This document shows, one piece after another, positions 38,478 to 52,269 of a stretch of 64,000 nucleotides of DNA (positions are counted from its first letter, which is position 1; the number at the start of each line of letters is the position of its first letter). The DNA is from Lepidodermella squamata (Eukaryota > Animalia > Gastrotricha). The notes beneath the pieces are model-generated. The model was not told the DNA's origin. It did no database searches and saw only the letters and a list, made by a program, of their open reading frames with translations. The translations under genes and the position numbers were made by a program. The stretch spans positions 4,464,001 through 4,528,000 of the forward strand of contig JBLDXI010000003.1 of NCBI GenBank assembly GCA_047495785.1, in the 5' to 3' direction.

Positions 38478-40536
38478 ATGTTTTCTAAAGCAAAGCCGAA
38501 CATGAACGTTTCTTCAGATCAGAAGTCACGTGAAAAGTATGTCCCTCTTGTTTCGTTGCCAAGTATTGCATGTAGCCTGTTTTTGTCTAGATTAGCAGGA
38601 TGTGTCTACGAATATCTCCAATTTGTCGGAGCGAAGAAAGCGGCCGAGCAGTTTTTGCAAGAGGTTTTATTTCTCATAATTTTTTTAGCGTGTATGTTCT
38701 GACTGTTCGCGTTACTCCAGGTTCCAATGGATCCGGCGGGCATTAAGCTCAATGAACCTCCTGGTTTTCTTGCCTCTTGGTGGTAGTAAGTTCTGGCATT
38801 ATGATTTTATATTGCACACTTGAATTGTAGACATTTAATGTCAGCATTCAGCATGCCTTTTTGCTACTGGTATTTACGTGTTGTCTTTGTTTTCGCAGTG
38901 TATTTTGGGACCTATACAATGCTGCACCCGAAAGAAGGAGGGAAAATGAACATTCGATGGAAGCGAGAGCTTTTCAAGACTACGTATGCGTATAATTTAT
39001 ACATTGGAGTTATTAGCTGATCATTGTGACATTTTTCAGCTGAATCCAGGGAATCCATATCAAATGGGTCAACCTGGTATGCCTCCGGGCGCCAACATGA
39101 TGGAAGTTCCTCCTAACTTCTACGGGATGGGGGTATGTATGAGGCGGAAGAATTATTGAGCATTATTAAACTACGCAATTTCTAATTAACGGTTCAGCCT
39201 AACGCGATGCGACCCCCTTTACAACAAGCTCAGGGGCCTATGGCTGCTTTTCAGATAGGGCTCAATAATACTGTGGCTCAACAGCAACAGCAGCAGCAGC
39301 AACAGGTCATGATGGGCGGCCCTCGATACGCGCGACCTCCTATGAGGATGGAATTGGCTCCCGGAGTTCCGAATCAACAGCAAAATATGAATCCGGCCAT
39401 GCATCGCGTGAGTCCGGGTGCAGCACGGATACCCGGCCCCGGTGCGCCTCCCAACGCCGTTCCTCCTTATGGTATGCAACGCCCTGGAATGCCTCCTCAA
39501 AATGCTGGTCCAATGCCAATCGGCATGCCCCATAACCAAGGTCCACGACCGTGGCCTCCGATGGGGGGCAACAACGTGGCACCTGGTCCTTCAGCTTACT
39601 CGACACCTCCTCCTGGCTCGATACCTCCAGGGTATCCTCGTTTAACTCCGTCAAATAACGTTCCCTCTCAACAACCCAACGTCAATGCCCAAGGCATGCT
39701 CGCGAGTCCGGTGCAAGACATGCCACCTAATGGTAATGACATGTATACTAACGGCAATAATCAGATGGGCCATCCATTGCAACGGATGCCATCAGCCGGT
39801 CAAATGCAAAATGTGAGTAGCTATATTACTTGTTAGACATTTGTCTCTTTACTAAATCGATCTAGTCTTATATGCCTGGCCAAAACATGGACATGATGAA
39901 TAATCAACAAACCGGTGGTGGCATGTCCCAAGCGCCTACCCCGATGCAAGTATCTCGGGGTGGCCCACAAACACCTCAAGGTGGTATGCAGTTAAACGGC
40001 GATCAAATGGGAGTTATCATAAATGGTAACGGCACGAACGGCGATGGAATGAATGCAATGAACAAGGCTAGTCATAGCAACGGAAAGGGCCACCCGAACT
40101 CTGTGGCAGATCAAAATCAGAGCAATCCGCAGCAGGATGTCATGGGCAATCCTGGTGGTGAAATGCCTTTCAACATGTTTCCCAATGACATGGTTAGCTT
40201 TTTAATTTGGATGGCGATTTACTATGTATGTTAATTGTATAGACTTTTCAGGAAGAAAATGAAGCTATCAAACGGTACAAGCAGCTTCTCCAAGACGATG
40301 TGCAAAAGCAGTTCGAAATAACCCCTGCAACCCGCAATCAGCTGACACCAGGCTCATCCGGTCCAAATTCTGTGCAAGCTCAACAACAACCGGCTACCAA
40401 CGGCGGCGGTGCACCGGGCGGTCTCGAACGGCCACTCTCCTCTGGCGGCGTCAACGGTGGGCCGGCCGACCCCTCACAAGGCGGTGGAATGGGTGGGTCG
40501 TCCGGGCCTCTGGGCGATTACCTGTTCCAGGGTTGA
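38478..40536 (+). CDS. Ssdp: Single-stranded DNA-binding protein Ssdp/SSBP2-4 family (LUFS domain + P/G/Q/M-rich tail)
   Basis: Spliced N-terminus [67 protein letters not shown]; late [16 protein letters not shown] motif. Confidence 0.92.
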
Positions 40537-43500
40537 AGTGCGCTCTCAAATGTGGATATCTGTCTGACTTCCTAGCGTTGATATTACTTGAGCAATTGAT
40601 GATTCCGCCTTGTAAATAGCGCTATTATTTCTAGACGATCTGCGGGTTGCGGCGCGTTTATTTGTTTCGAAAGAGAGTTTTAGTTTTTTTTACACTTTTG
40701 ATGATAATGATGAAACTTTCGGTCGGAGCGCACCCATCTTCTACCTATGCCTAGTTGCAGAACGTACGACTAGTTTACAGGACAAGCGGTTGTTCCACGT
40801 CTTTTCTTTAAACCTTCTTATTTTAATAACTGCGTTATTACGACGGGACAGAACGACGAGAAGACGACGGCGCAGCCGCCGCCACTCCTTGCTGCTTCTT
40901 CATTTTTACGATATGTCACACGTGTACACCTTGAGTATTCACTTCCGGCCAAGCTACGCCTGAAGTGAGACAACTGACATGCTCTGAATACATTATGCAT
41001 TTGTAAATATAAGCGAAATGAAGATGATATTCTCTATTCTATTATCGGGCTGTCAATTGAATGCTGGCATGCGCAATAATAATTTTGTAAAACGCTGTAA
41101 GTATTATATTCTGATAATAATAATACGCGCTGATTTTTTGATCTAAGCGGAGTTTTTGTGGAAATCTCCGCTCCGGCGCTACACGTTCCTCCGAGTCGCC
41201 GCGAGATTTATTGTGCCTTGTCTGACATGCCACCTTGCAAAATTATGATTTGAACTGTTGGAAATCGCGCGTTGGCTTTATCAAGGGGGATTTTATATGC
41301 GTATTATGCCTAGTAATAACATATCTCTATTCTATAAAGTCATCTGTGTATTTCAAGCTGCTTTACTCAAACCAGAAACTGACTGTCTGATCAAAGGAAC
41401 CGATTTTTTTTAAATCAATGGAATTTTTGGAAATGATTGATACTAAACAACGACCACTGATTGACCATACAAAAGTTATACCAGTGTTTTACTGCGTTGC
41501 ATTTCGCCGAGCGACCACTGCCGTCTGATGCCGATGTGTAACTCCATGTGACGTCCTACAAGCCGCAGTCGCATTGCATGCGCGTTAAGCTATAAATATC
41601 TCTTACTTCTATATTTTAAGCGCAGTCTCGTTCAACAAAACAACAAACGATATGCCACAGTCTTTTCGCCGCCATCTTTCTGGTATTTATTGATAACTTT
41701 GTTGTTCTCGTTCTTGTTGTCATAATGTAATTGTATTGATAATAACAACAATTAATAAAACGCCTCGAAGTTCATTTTAAAACTGCGATCTTTTTCAGCC
41801 GGTTTATTTGATGCATATAGTTTTCCAGTTCCTAAAGCACATTGATACAATGTTTACTTGAGTAATTTCAAGTTAATGTTAATATGCTGTCTAAACGAAA
41901 AACCTGACTCAGCCTGAGACACGAGGTATTCGTATACTGCAAGGATTGTACAATTTGTCAAAAGCTAAAGAGGTAATATTAGGCCAGCACAAATCAATAG
42001 TTGTTATTGTGGAAATAAGCCGTTCACCTGTCAACTTGAAAAATACATGGAAACACTGTCCGCATCATGATACGACGAGAGCCTAAATATAATTTACCGA
42101 CCGCGTTGAGCATAACTTGATTCTTGGGTGATGCGCTTATTTCGAAAGAAATGTTGAGGATTTGATTTAAAAGTATTCTTTCATGCACCTTCCAGACATA
42201 TTTATGTCACAAAATATCACAAAATAACCGTTCATACATGTTTTTTCCTTAAAATTGTGTTTGTAGCAAAACGATGATAAGGAGTTGGGGTCAGGGGTTA
42301 GGGTCAAGTCGAGTTTCGGTAATTAGAAAGCTCTACTTTTAGGGCATTTGCGCTTCACAAAGAACCATTTACAAGCGGAAAACAATGACTACGTTATCGG
42401 AACCCGTTTTTGCTTTACATAAACCGAAAACTTGTCATGCGGCGTTTCCTTGATGTTTCCAGATCGAATTAGTTGAAAAAATATGTATGAAAGATTGCAC
42501 CCTTATTTAAATTGAAAAAGTCCATTGAAAGCTGTATTTTATCGTTGCGGGTCATAAAGTAACGTGTGAGCGCCTGTGACCCAGCGATGGTCACCTTTAT
42601 AGGGCGCCTTGCGATTATAAAAAATAGCCCTAAAAGCCGGCTAGTTTTCGTTTTCTATCCTTATTCGGTTGCGACATTTCTGGACATTTCTAGTTCAAAG
42701 GAACGAAAAAAATCCCTGGGGAAAAACGAGACAAAAACGAGGGGAAAGGTTAAGCAAAAAGCCACAACAAAGGAACCTCGTAGATTGGCCGGATTATATT
42801 GCACGCGCCGAAAGACAGCTTTCTTGCATGCTTTTCACACCGAATTAAAACTGAAGATGTTCCGTGATTCCTCCATTAAATTGTTTAATAATTAAGCATT
42901 AGATCATTTATTTTTAAAAGAAAACATAATTTGTCAGCGAGGTGGAGAGATTTTAGCATGAGTAACCAGGCGCTTCCTGCCTAAAAGAAGTTTTATAACA
43001 AGTATCAGCGATATCAGGTCGGAACTTAGGGTTTTCCATATTTTGATCATTTTCTCACAATATCTTACATTGAAAAATCGAAAAGTGAAAAAGGAGTAAT
43101 CAAAATATGAGAACCCCCTTACTGAAAATGATCGAGGTCAGATGATGGTTAAGAATTTTACAGGCTATCCGATGGTACCAATAAATTGAAAACTAAAAAT
43201 ACTATAGGGCAAAATTTCTTTGTCCAAAACATAATCGAATCTGCTTACCTGTTCAACCCATGGAGGAATAAACATTGTCTATTCCTGGTTGAATAGACCT
43301 GCACCTATTCCAGGTGCACTGGTAGGTACGGCGGGAGTGGAGTCAAATTGATCCTGTCCTGAACAGGCGCGGATCAGCTCATGCGAAAAAACCCAGAGAA
43401 CAGAGAAAATACTCAGTTTTGAGAGAAATCGGAAAAAGGGCGATGAGCTCAGTGATTTCTCAGTTGACATTATTTTATAGTCTTGTAATTTTGTGCCGTT

Positions 43501-46307
43501 TGCCACCTTCCTCATTTTCAGATTTTCAGAGAGTGAGGAGGAAACCAAAATATAAAAATGTAAGCTCATTCTGCTCGACTCAAGGTCGAAAACGACAATA
43601 AGCTATTGCTGCAATCATGAGGAATCGAGTGAGGAATCTTCGACAGATATCTGTCGTTTCAATCGAAGTTCAGCATTCGTCTTTCGCATTAACGGTGAAT
43701 TCTTTTCCGTCGTGATAATCTGATGGTGCATCTTTGCAAACAATCGGTTTGGTCTCTCGAAAACGCTTTCAACTGCATGAAATGCCAAGTTGATATGCTG
43801 ATGGGCGAATTGCAAGGTTTGGTGCCAAAAACCAAACGATCAAATGAGAATAATGGTAATAGCATGAAAGCTAATTGTTGCGGTCCCTTGGCAAACAAAA
43901 ATGTAACACCCAGTACAAATAACATTCCAAATATTATTCCAAATGTAACCAAAGAGCTGATGATTGATGTGTTCCATGCTATGTGGCCAAGTCTGATTGC
44001 ACCGAAACATCGAAAAGGCGATCGCAGCAAACGCAAAGAAGGCTGCGATGATTGGATCCACCAAGGATTCTATACACCGGCCGTTGCTATAATAATACGT
44101 TACATGGCCGTTACATGTCGCCTGCCGCGATCTTTGTTCCAACATTGGCACATTACCGTATTTGAAAGAAAAATGAAATATGGATTGAAGAGGAAGAATC
44201 ACGGGCGTCACTAACATTCGGTCATCGGCAGGAGGAGAGACAGAACTGGGGTATCACATGAAATCTATATGTAAATGATTAATCACAAAGCAAATAAACT
44301 CAACAGAACCCGCCTAACATTGCTTTTACCGGCTAATACAACAGATAATACATAATACATATATACGGATTCTACTCACTCACGACGACAGTCATCGTTC
44401 GAATGCTCTTCAGCAAATACCCATTTTGCCTCGCTGAAATCTATCGGCACTCCCTTAGTCTAGTACTGCTCTTTGTACCTGCACCACTTTATTCTTCTTG
44501 GATATTGGCGTTCGAAATTACATCAATAAGTTTATACATGTATTACATCTTCAATGACCGAGTATTGCATATATTTTAATTTTAGCAATACTGGGCAATT
44601 TTCATAATTTAATTGCGGGATTTCGCCGCTGACCAGGCAGTTCCTACTACACTGATTTTCGGTGGTGATGCATTTTCGCCAAAAGCGATATTGCATCTGC
44701 TATAGATGCGAAGTGCACTATTAGAAAATAATGCACTTTATTTTGTTTTACGTCCTTAAAATAAGAAATTAAAATTTCCCGCTTAATTGATCACACACCA
44801 CGGAATGCAGGATAATAGGTATAAATAGGCGAACTCGAGGCGGCTAAGCATTATTTCAATGAGCCGAGACAGAATGTGGCGGTTTCATGTAGCGAAAAAT
44901 GTGTATTCACTCCGTTTGGAAAGGATCTTATCGCCTTTTTCGTTATACAAGCTTCAATTCACTTTTACTCGCCTTGGCTTATACACATACTTTTAGCTTT
45001 AAACAGGTCACGGAATGTGTTTTTCTTGAAAACGTGTTGTGCACTTTTCGAGCTCAAATTTCCCACGCTACATCCGCGCACAGCAATCGTGCAATTCTAA
45101 ACGTAAGCACAGTTCGAAAATAGCGGCACCCACCTGCCCAGCACGCGGGAAGCGAACGAAATATATTAGAGTACCAAACTTCCGATAGACTTATGACGAT
45201 TTCATTTAGCAAATGCAATCCATCAGCGACGGCTGAAATTTCTTCTCAACGTGTTGCTTCCGAGAACAGCGTATTTGTGCCATTCGCTTCACTCAGTTTA
45301 TTATACTTATATTGTTGTATGAATTCATTATCATCGATGAAGCCAAGAGCTACTACATCCATGCGCGTGAATGATGCTCAGACGTCAGATGTCCGACGCA
45401 TTCGGTAGTTGACTCCATAAACGCAGCTGAACAGCTTCATGGGGTTTTCACCAAAATGCAGGTTTGAAATAACCATTAAACGTCATCTGGCACACCCAAC
45501 CACATGGCGGTTTATACGACTGTGTGGACCTTGCTTTTTTAGTTCGTGGCTACTATTTTCTAAAAACAAATATATGTCGTTGGCAGCGCGGCAGAAGTCG
45601 CCACTAGGCTGTTCGAGAACTGGCGGTAACAATTACCGCCAGAGTACTTGAACAACAGGCAACAGGTGCACATAAAAAGCACATAGAAGTCATTTAACGT
45701 GAACTGACATGCGAAAGGTATTATTTGCCATCTTGCAAAGTGCCATCACGTATCTTGCTGCAATATTCCTGATATTATGCTGCTCGCGTGGATTTACTAT
45801 GCTCACCAAATTAAACATGTTAAATGACAAAAAAATAAAAAAAAGCCTAGTGGCGACTTCTACCTCGCTGCCAACGATGTCCTTTCCATATGACTCAAAG
45901 TGGCGAACAGCTTACGAGTAAATAGGTAGATGCACTCTCTGCTGCTATTTATCCAAAAGTTCTTCGAAATTCGTTACCACTAAAAATCCACGATAATTTC
46001 CTAGGGATGATGTTCATATGAGCTAAATGCTATATTCGCCAAGATAGAGCCATATTTCGTTTACGTTGAAGAGAGTGCGCAAGCCTGACTGGCATATCTA
46101 CCAGATACAAACTTTATCCCTTCTATGTTTATAGATTACTTCAAGTTATAGTACTTTTATTTTTCCATCTAAACCACCGCTAACTCACGAGGATTACACT
46201 CATCATCCTCGTTTCTGCGTTTGGCCTTCAGCGCTGTAGCGTCCATATGTTACTTGCATCGCATTACCGAATCAGAATTCACCACCTTACTCGTCGTCTT
46301 CATCACT

Positions 46308-47456
46308 ATGAAAGCCGTGTACTTGATCGGGCGGAGTAATTCTTGCAAATTTTCAGCCGCAATACTCCTTGTGGTAGCCAGCTATCTTGTGACGAGCCTG
46401 CTCTTTCTCGGTGATGTCAGAATCGAGTCGCCGACTGGCGGCGCTGGCGATATCTTGGTGGAAAACACTCCTCTTGCTCGGCTAACGCGAAGGCGGAAAT
46501 CGCCGACGAAAGCGTGCCCCGAACATTCCCCCGATCTTGTCGGCCCTCTCAATATTTCTTTTGATAGCGTGCCAACAATGCAGCAAATTATCGACGAAAA
46601 TCCGGATGTCGAGGCTGGCGGGCGTTTCCGTCCGGCAAGCTGTGTACCGACCCACTCGCGCGTTGCAGTCATAATCCCCTACCGATCGCGCGAGATGCAT
46701 TTACGCGCTTTCCTCAGTCACATGCATCCGATTCTACGACGGCAACAGCTCGACTACGCTATATTTGTTGTCGAGCAGGCTGGAAATACAACGTTCAACA
46801 AGGCAATGCTGATGAACATCGGGTTCAAGGAGTCGTCCGCTGCTGGGCATGGCGACGATGATAGTGCTGATGCATTCAACTGCTACATTTTCCACGACGT
46901 TGATTTATTCACGGAGGACGACCGGGGCATTTACGCTTGCCGCGACAAGCCTTTCCACCTGACCGAATACCTCAAGCATCGGCAATACGAACCCTATTCT
47001 TACATCGATGTGCTTTTTGGCGGCGCCGTTGCGATTCTACGCCGGCAGGTAAAAGCTTTTAAAGTAACTTGTGCAGTTCTATTCAAATTTCATCATAATT
47101 TGTTGTAGTTTGAACTCGTGAATGGCTATTCGAACGTGTATTTTGGCTGGGGTGCCGAGGACGAGGATATGGGCTTGCGGCTAAAATACGCTGGACTGAG
47201 CATAATAAAAGCTTCAGCGGACAGATATCGATATAGGATGTTCGAACACAGGCCAGATCGAGGCAACCCGCTCAATTCGTTGCGTCGTCAATTTTTGGCC
47301 AACGCAACTTTACGAATGCACATCGACGGGCTCAATTCACTTCGATACCGCCTGGTTAGCAAATCAGTACAGCCGCTGTTCACTCACTATCTAGTCGACA
47401 TTGATCCGACCGATGTTTTGCCAACCAGTCTGTTACAACAGATGAATAACAGATAA
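46308..47456 (+). CDS. GT7 beta-1,4-galactosyl/N-acetylgalactosaminyltransferase (exons 46308-47048, 47109-47456)
   Basis: Type II TM anchor; RVAVIIPYRSR..HL, FNKAMLMNIGF, FHDVDL, FGG, NGYSNVYFGWGAEDED. Confidence 0.92.
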
Positions 47457-47624
47457 TGATGATTGGGCGAAACAATATGTGTGTGCCAAAAATCGTGCTA
47501 CTAGCTTTTTTAATTCTTATTTACTGATGAAAATTTTATTGAAAAAAGACGAAGATATCCCAGTTCAAAGCTGAAGAAAAAATGTGTAATTAACGCGAGA
47601 CACGTTCATCACTATTTACAAGTT

Positions 47625-49609
47625 TTACGAGTCGAAAAGGTCATGTGCCTCCGAAGCTGAAGTCATCATCATCTGTTCAGCTTCGAAAATTCGCTTCGAG
47701 AATACAAATTCTGTCTCTCGTGGGATCTTGCGAATCAAGCCGCTGTCATCAGAATCGCTTAGAGCCAGCTTTGATGATGAGGGCGCGAGACCAATGACGT
47801 AGTTCTGAATGAGTCCAATGACGTAGCCGTTAACGAGCAATCGGCTGAACTGCTCACCTAAATTGCATTCAAAACGTTCATTTTTTCCGTATTTCAGTTT
47901 ATTTAAATTCTTACCCGGGCAAGCGCGGCTTCCGAAACCGAAAGGTGCCATGTGGCTAGAATGATCGATTAGCTTTCCGTCGAACGGGTCAATCCAACGA
48001 TCAACGCGGAAGTTCGACGGGTCGCCCCAGTAGGTATCGAAATGAAGGCTGCGATTGGAGCACCAAATCATCGTGTCACCTGGAATCGTGAATCCATTCA
48101 GTTTCATATCGCAATTTGTTTCATGGAGCACGGACAGCGGCAGCATTGATGAATGGCGGTATACCTCATTGAGAAACGCTTCGACGCGAACTAATCGGTG
48201 AATATCCAGACGACCAGGAGATTCAAACGGCTTCAAGTTCTGATAATAAATAGCATCATTAGATGAATTATCGAAAAGATCGAAAGATCAGCTATCATCC
48301 ATCATCTACGCACAATCTACGCATTATACAAATGGCTAGATTTTTATTATACAAGGAATGCTATAAGGGAATTTTTCATTTTAAATGCAAGACAGAGCTT
48401 TTTACCTTCTTTATTTCCTCTTGAAGACGGATCTGTTCATCCGGCATGTGCGCCAAGTAGTACAGCGCCCATAAAATTTGGTCAGGAACACCTTTTAGCG
48501 CCCCCATCATAAGGTCGGTCAGGATGCGAGAAAATGTACAAAAATCCATTGGTTTTCCTGTAAAAATGAAAATAAATTGCAAAATTTATGCAATGAATCA
48601 GCATCTCACCAAGCCTTTCTTGCTCAAGATAGTAGGCTATCATATCGTTTTCTGGCGATAATTCAGCTGACTCGCTGACGGTGAACAAACGAGGTGGAGT
48701 TGGCGTGTCAGACATTGCTCGGCGCGTGCGTCCTGCCTTAACCTCAGGAGTGTGACTTACGACTTGACGTATCTGGCGGTTGCATTCCAACTCCTTCCTA
48801 GTGACGTTCTCCATAATATTCTGAATCGCAAACTCTGGCTCGTTTCCAATTGATAAGAATGCGTGAATTACTGGCATGCGAGACTTGATGGCAAGTGTGA
48901 ACAAGCTGTGATCGAACTGCTCCTCGCTCAAACGGACGATTTCAGACAGGTAAGTTTCGAAATCGTGCTGTGTCGGTCGGCGCCCGAATAACAAGCTGTG
49001 CGTGATCCCGGCAATGCTGAGCAACAACTGGCGTCGAGGATTCCATGGCTCGCCACCATTCTCTTCAACGAGATCAAGAAAGTCACCCAGCTCTTCGTCA
49101 ATTTTCCCCACAGCTGAACCATCGAAAATGCCAAAATTTTTCATCACCTTGGCAACCCATCGACGAATCACTCTAGCCTTATCGCTCGAAGCCAATGCAA
49201 GTCCGGTTTTCGTACCACGCAACAGAGCAAGGTTTTTCGGGCGATCAATTACCGAATGATTGGAACCTGGAAGCAGTGTATTCATTGCATCGACTATGGT
49301 TTCGCGATCCGATAAAACGACAACGCCAGGTTTCGACGAGCCGAAATACAGCGAAACTACATTACCGTAGACATTTTGCAGCATTTTCGCAAGCTTACGC
49401 GACTTGGGAAAACGAAGCAGAATCATTGGAACATTTCCGAATAGCGGTAGGCGAAGCGGACCAGGCGGGTAATTTCGCCGGTATGATACAATCAACGCTC
49501 CAACATACCACGTGAGAAGCAAAGCCAGAAGTGTAGCTGAGACATTCGCGTAGCTCGCAAAGCTGTCAGACACCGCGTAAAACAACCGATAAAATTCAGC
49601 CAAAGCCAT
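47625..49609 (-). CDS. Cytochrome P450 (clan 2-like), 4 exons, atypical I-helix
   Basis: N-terminal TM + PPGP..LPLFGN; ExxR (EVYR); F..DRW; heme motif PFGFGSRACPG|EQF across an intron. Confidence 0.9.
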
Positions 49610-50875
49610 GGTTATTAAGTCGTCTCAAGCTGTAAATGATGAGTGATCGGAAAAATGAAACTAGCCAGAGTTTCCATGCTTTACTGACAAGTTCTTTTGA
49701 TTGCGCAACAAGATCATAACATACTGCCTTCTTTTATTACGTCAATACTCGCGTGTTTTCGTGTTATTCATGTGTAGGATTTGCCATTAATTTGAATTTT
49801 ATTGTCCAACAAATTAATTTTTTCAAAGGTTAAGAATCAGCGTTATTTCAAAAAGGTTTTACGGAGGTTGGTTTTGCTGCTATATATAGGTAGTATACAG
49901 TGTTACGAAGTGAATAGTTGTTCCCTGCGAAGCGATTCTAAAATTTTCGCTTGATTTTTGTCAAACATTCTTGACTAGAATATTATTGACTTTTTATTTA
50001 AATGAAATTTTTGATATTAAACGTAAACTGCTGAGTTCGAAAACTGTTTTCCAACCAGGTTGCCGCAAACCGCGATGCTCAGTGAGTTCTCAGCGGAAGG
50101 AATCCACATTGTTCTATGATTTGCGACAAGCACGTGATTTTTTTCATTTTTTAACGAAAACCTCATAAAACCAAACAGCCAATAAATTGCAGCAGACTTA
50201 TTGAACGATTCTCTATTTACTTAATACGTAGATGCATACAAATTCTTGAAATTGCAATGAAATTTTGCCAGGAAATGTTGCAGTTGAAAAAAATGTTCGG
50301 CTTTTACGCGTTGCTATGCACAATATAATGAAAAAAGTAAAAAGCAAAGGCAGCCAAAATACATTCCTATAAATAATGGTGTTTTTTATAAATTGTTTGA
50401 ACCCCTTGAACTTTATGTCTCATTCTATTCTGTTTTCAAATTATATTTACACTTAGAACAATGAAGAATAACCGTCAGTCAGGAATTCATATTACCTACA
50501 GCAGACGTAACCTACTTATAAAAAATGGACAATACTTTTTATAATTATTGAGTGTTATACATAGACAGTGGACGTAGACGGTAGACATTATAAATCGGCA
50601 AAAGAACGTTTTAGGTCGATCTGATATCTGAAGACGTTCCAGAACAAGCTGATTAAAATTCAGCGCTGATTTCATTCTTGAGCAGTAAGCACACACATAA
50701 AAACCTGCCGCCTGCAGCCCGCAATCGAATACCGAAACGAAGGTAAACAAAAAAATTCACACGGCATGTGCGCGCGGGAATTGCATTTAGCTTTGCAATT
50801 TTACGATAGGTATATATACCGAAATGAAAATAGCTGGCTATACTAATGTTAATTAATAAAGGGGCTGCGCATAAA

Positions 50876-52173
50876 ATGGCAGCGCCAATGTTGCGATTTG
50901 GAACAGTGTTGCTAATCTATGTAAACTTCTTGCGAGCCTCATCAGCTGGCGGAGGTCCGAAATTTCTTCCGATCGATGAAACTGTGAAGCAGCAGATGAT
51001 AAGCAACTGCAGTTTACTTTCGAAATCTCGGCCTGTTGCAAATTATGGCGACGCTGTGGAAATAAAAGTCAATATGCTGACCTACCGCATGCGAGAACTT
51101 GACGATCGACTACAGCGCTTCAGCATCATTACTGAGTTGGATTTGATTTGGCAGCATCCATGTACAACTTGGAATTCGTCTGAGAGGGAAGATGAAGTTG
51201 CGCAGTTTCAAATGCGAGCTGAAGAAACGTGGTATCCACTAATTGAACATATCAATGCTGCGGAGGAGTTCAACATTAAAGCGTGAGATAACAGCCTATA
51301 TTCCAGATTTCGTAAATTGTGATGATGTTCTATAGGGATCTGGAACGAAGTTCAGTTTTCTTCAAGGAGGACGGCGGTGTTCTTATGCCAATCATCACCG
51401 TTTTCACTTCGTTTTGCGAGCTTGAGTTAGTCGCTTCTCTTATAATGGTGACAAAACATTGGTTTTACATACTGCTGTTATCTTTTTTCAGCTTAAATCA
51501 GTTTCCTTTTGACGACGAGGTTTGCACTGTTCAGTTCGAGCCGTGGCAATCAACCGCATTTGTTCGCCTAACAATAAGTGAAAACCTCGATGAAGCCCTG
51601 CAAATTTTCGAAGACGAAAACTCCCCCTTCATCAGTCCGTCCGATGTTTGGCAGCTGCTGAGTGTGAATGCTACAGTTCTTCAAATCAAGTACAAGGACG
51701 AGACAAAAGAATCATCTTACGATCGTGTGGTATTCTACTTCTCACTGCGACGGCGTTTCGCGTTTTACTTGATTAACATGTTTTTCCCTTGCTTTTGCCT
51801 ATATCTCACTCTTCTTTCATCCGGCTTGATGCCAGCCAAGTACCCGGACAGGGCGGCTTTTTGTGTTACTGTACTACTGGCATACGCTGTATTGCAAAAT
51901 TCTGTGAATGATGCAATACCTAAAACTGGGCAAGTCGCGTTGATCGCAACTTTCCTTTCCATGCAGTTGGGAGTTGGAGTTGTTTGCACGCTTTATTCAT
52001 TGTTGGCATGCCACATGGCGTCGATTCCGAAATTGCGGAAATCCTCCTTGAAGGTGTTTGGATGGAAAGTGTCATATCTGCGATTTATTGATCTTATTTT
52101 CTATTTTTGTATTGTTTGTTCTAGTGTTAGTGCTTTCGCCGTGATCATATATCAAATGGCGCGAAAAAAGTAA
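50876..52173 (+). CDS. Divergent Cys-loop ligand-gated ion channel subunit 1 (nAChR-like, non-alpha)
   Basis: Signal peptide, SRPV, spliced Cys-loop CELDLNQFPFDDEVC, pre-M1 RRR..YLIN..PC, four TM segments. Confidence 0.88.
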
Positions 52174-52269
52174 CCCAATTAATGGAAATTACCTTTTTAA
52201 CCTTTATAACATGAAAGAATGTTGTATATTTTATAATACTCTTAGGTCTTTTTAAAGCAGAATATTGTC

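Noticed and set aside
43840-43842. In-frame TGA as selenocysteine or an alternative genetic code
   Set aside because: Several clear genes here (SOD-like, INTS8, RNF11, SZT2) end in TGA; no redox motif or SECIS recognised.
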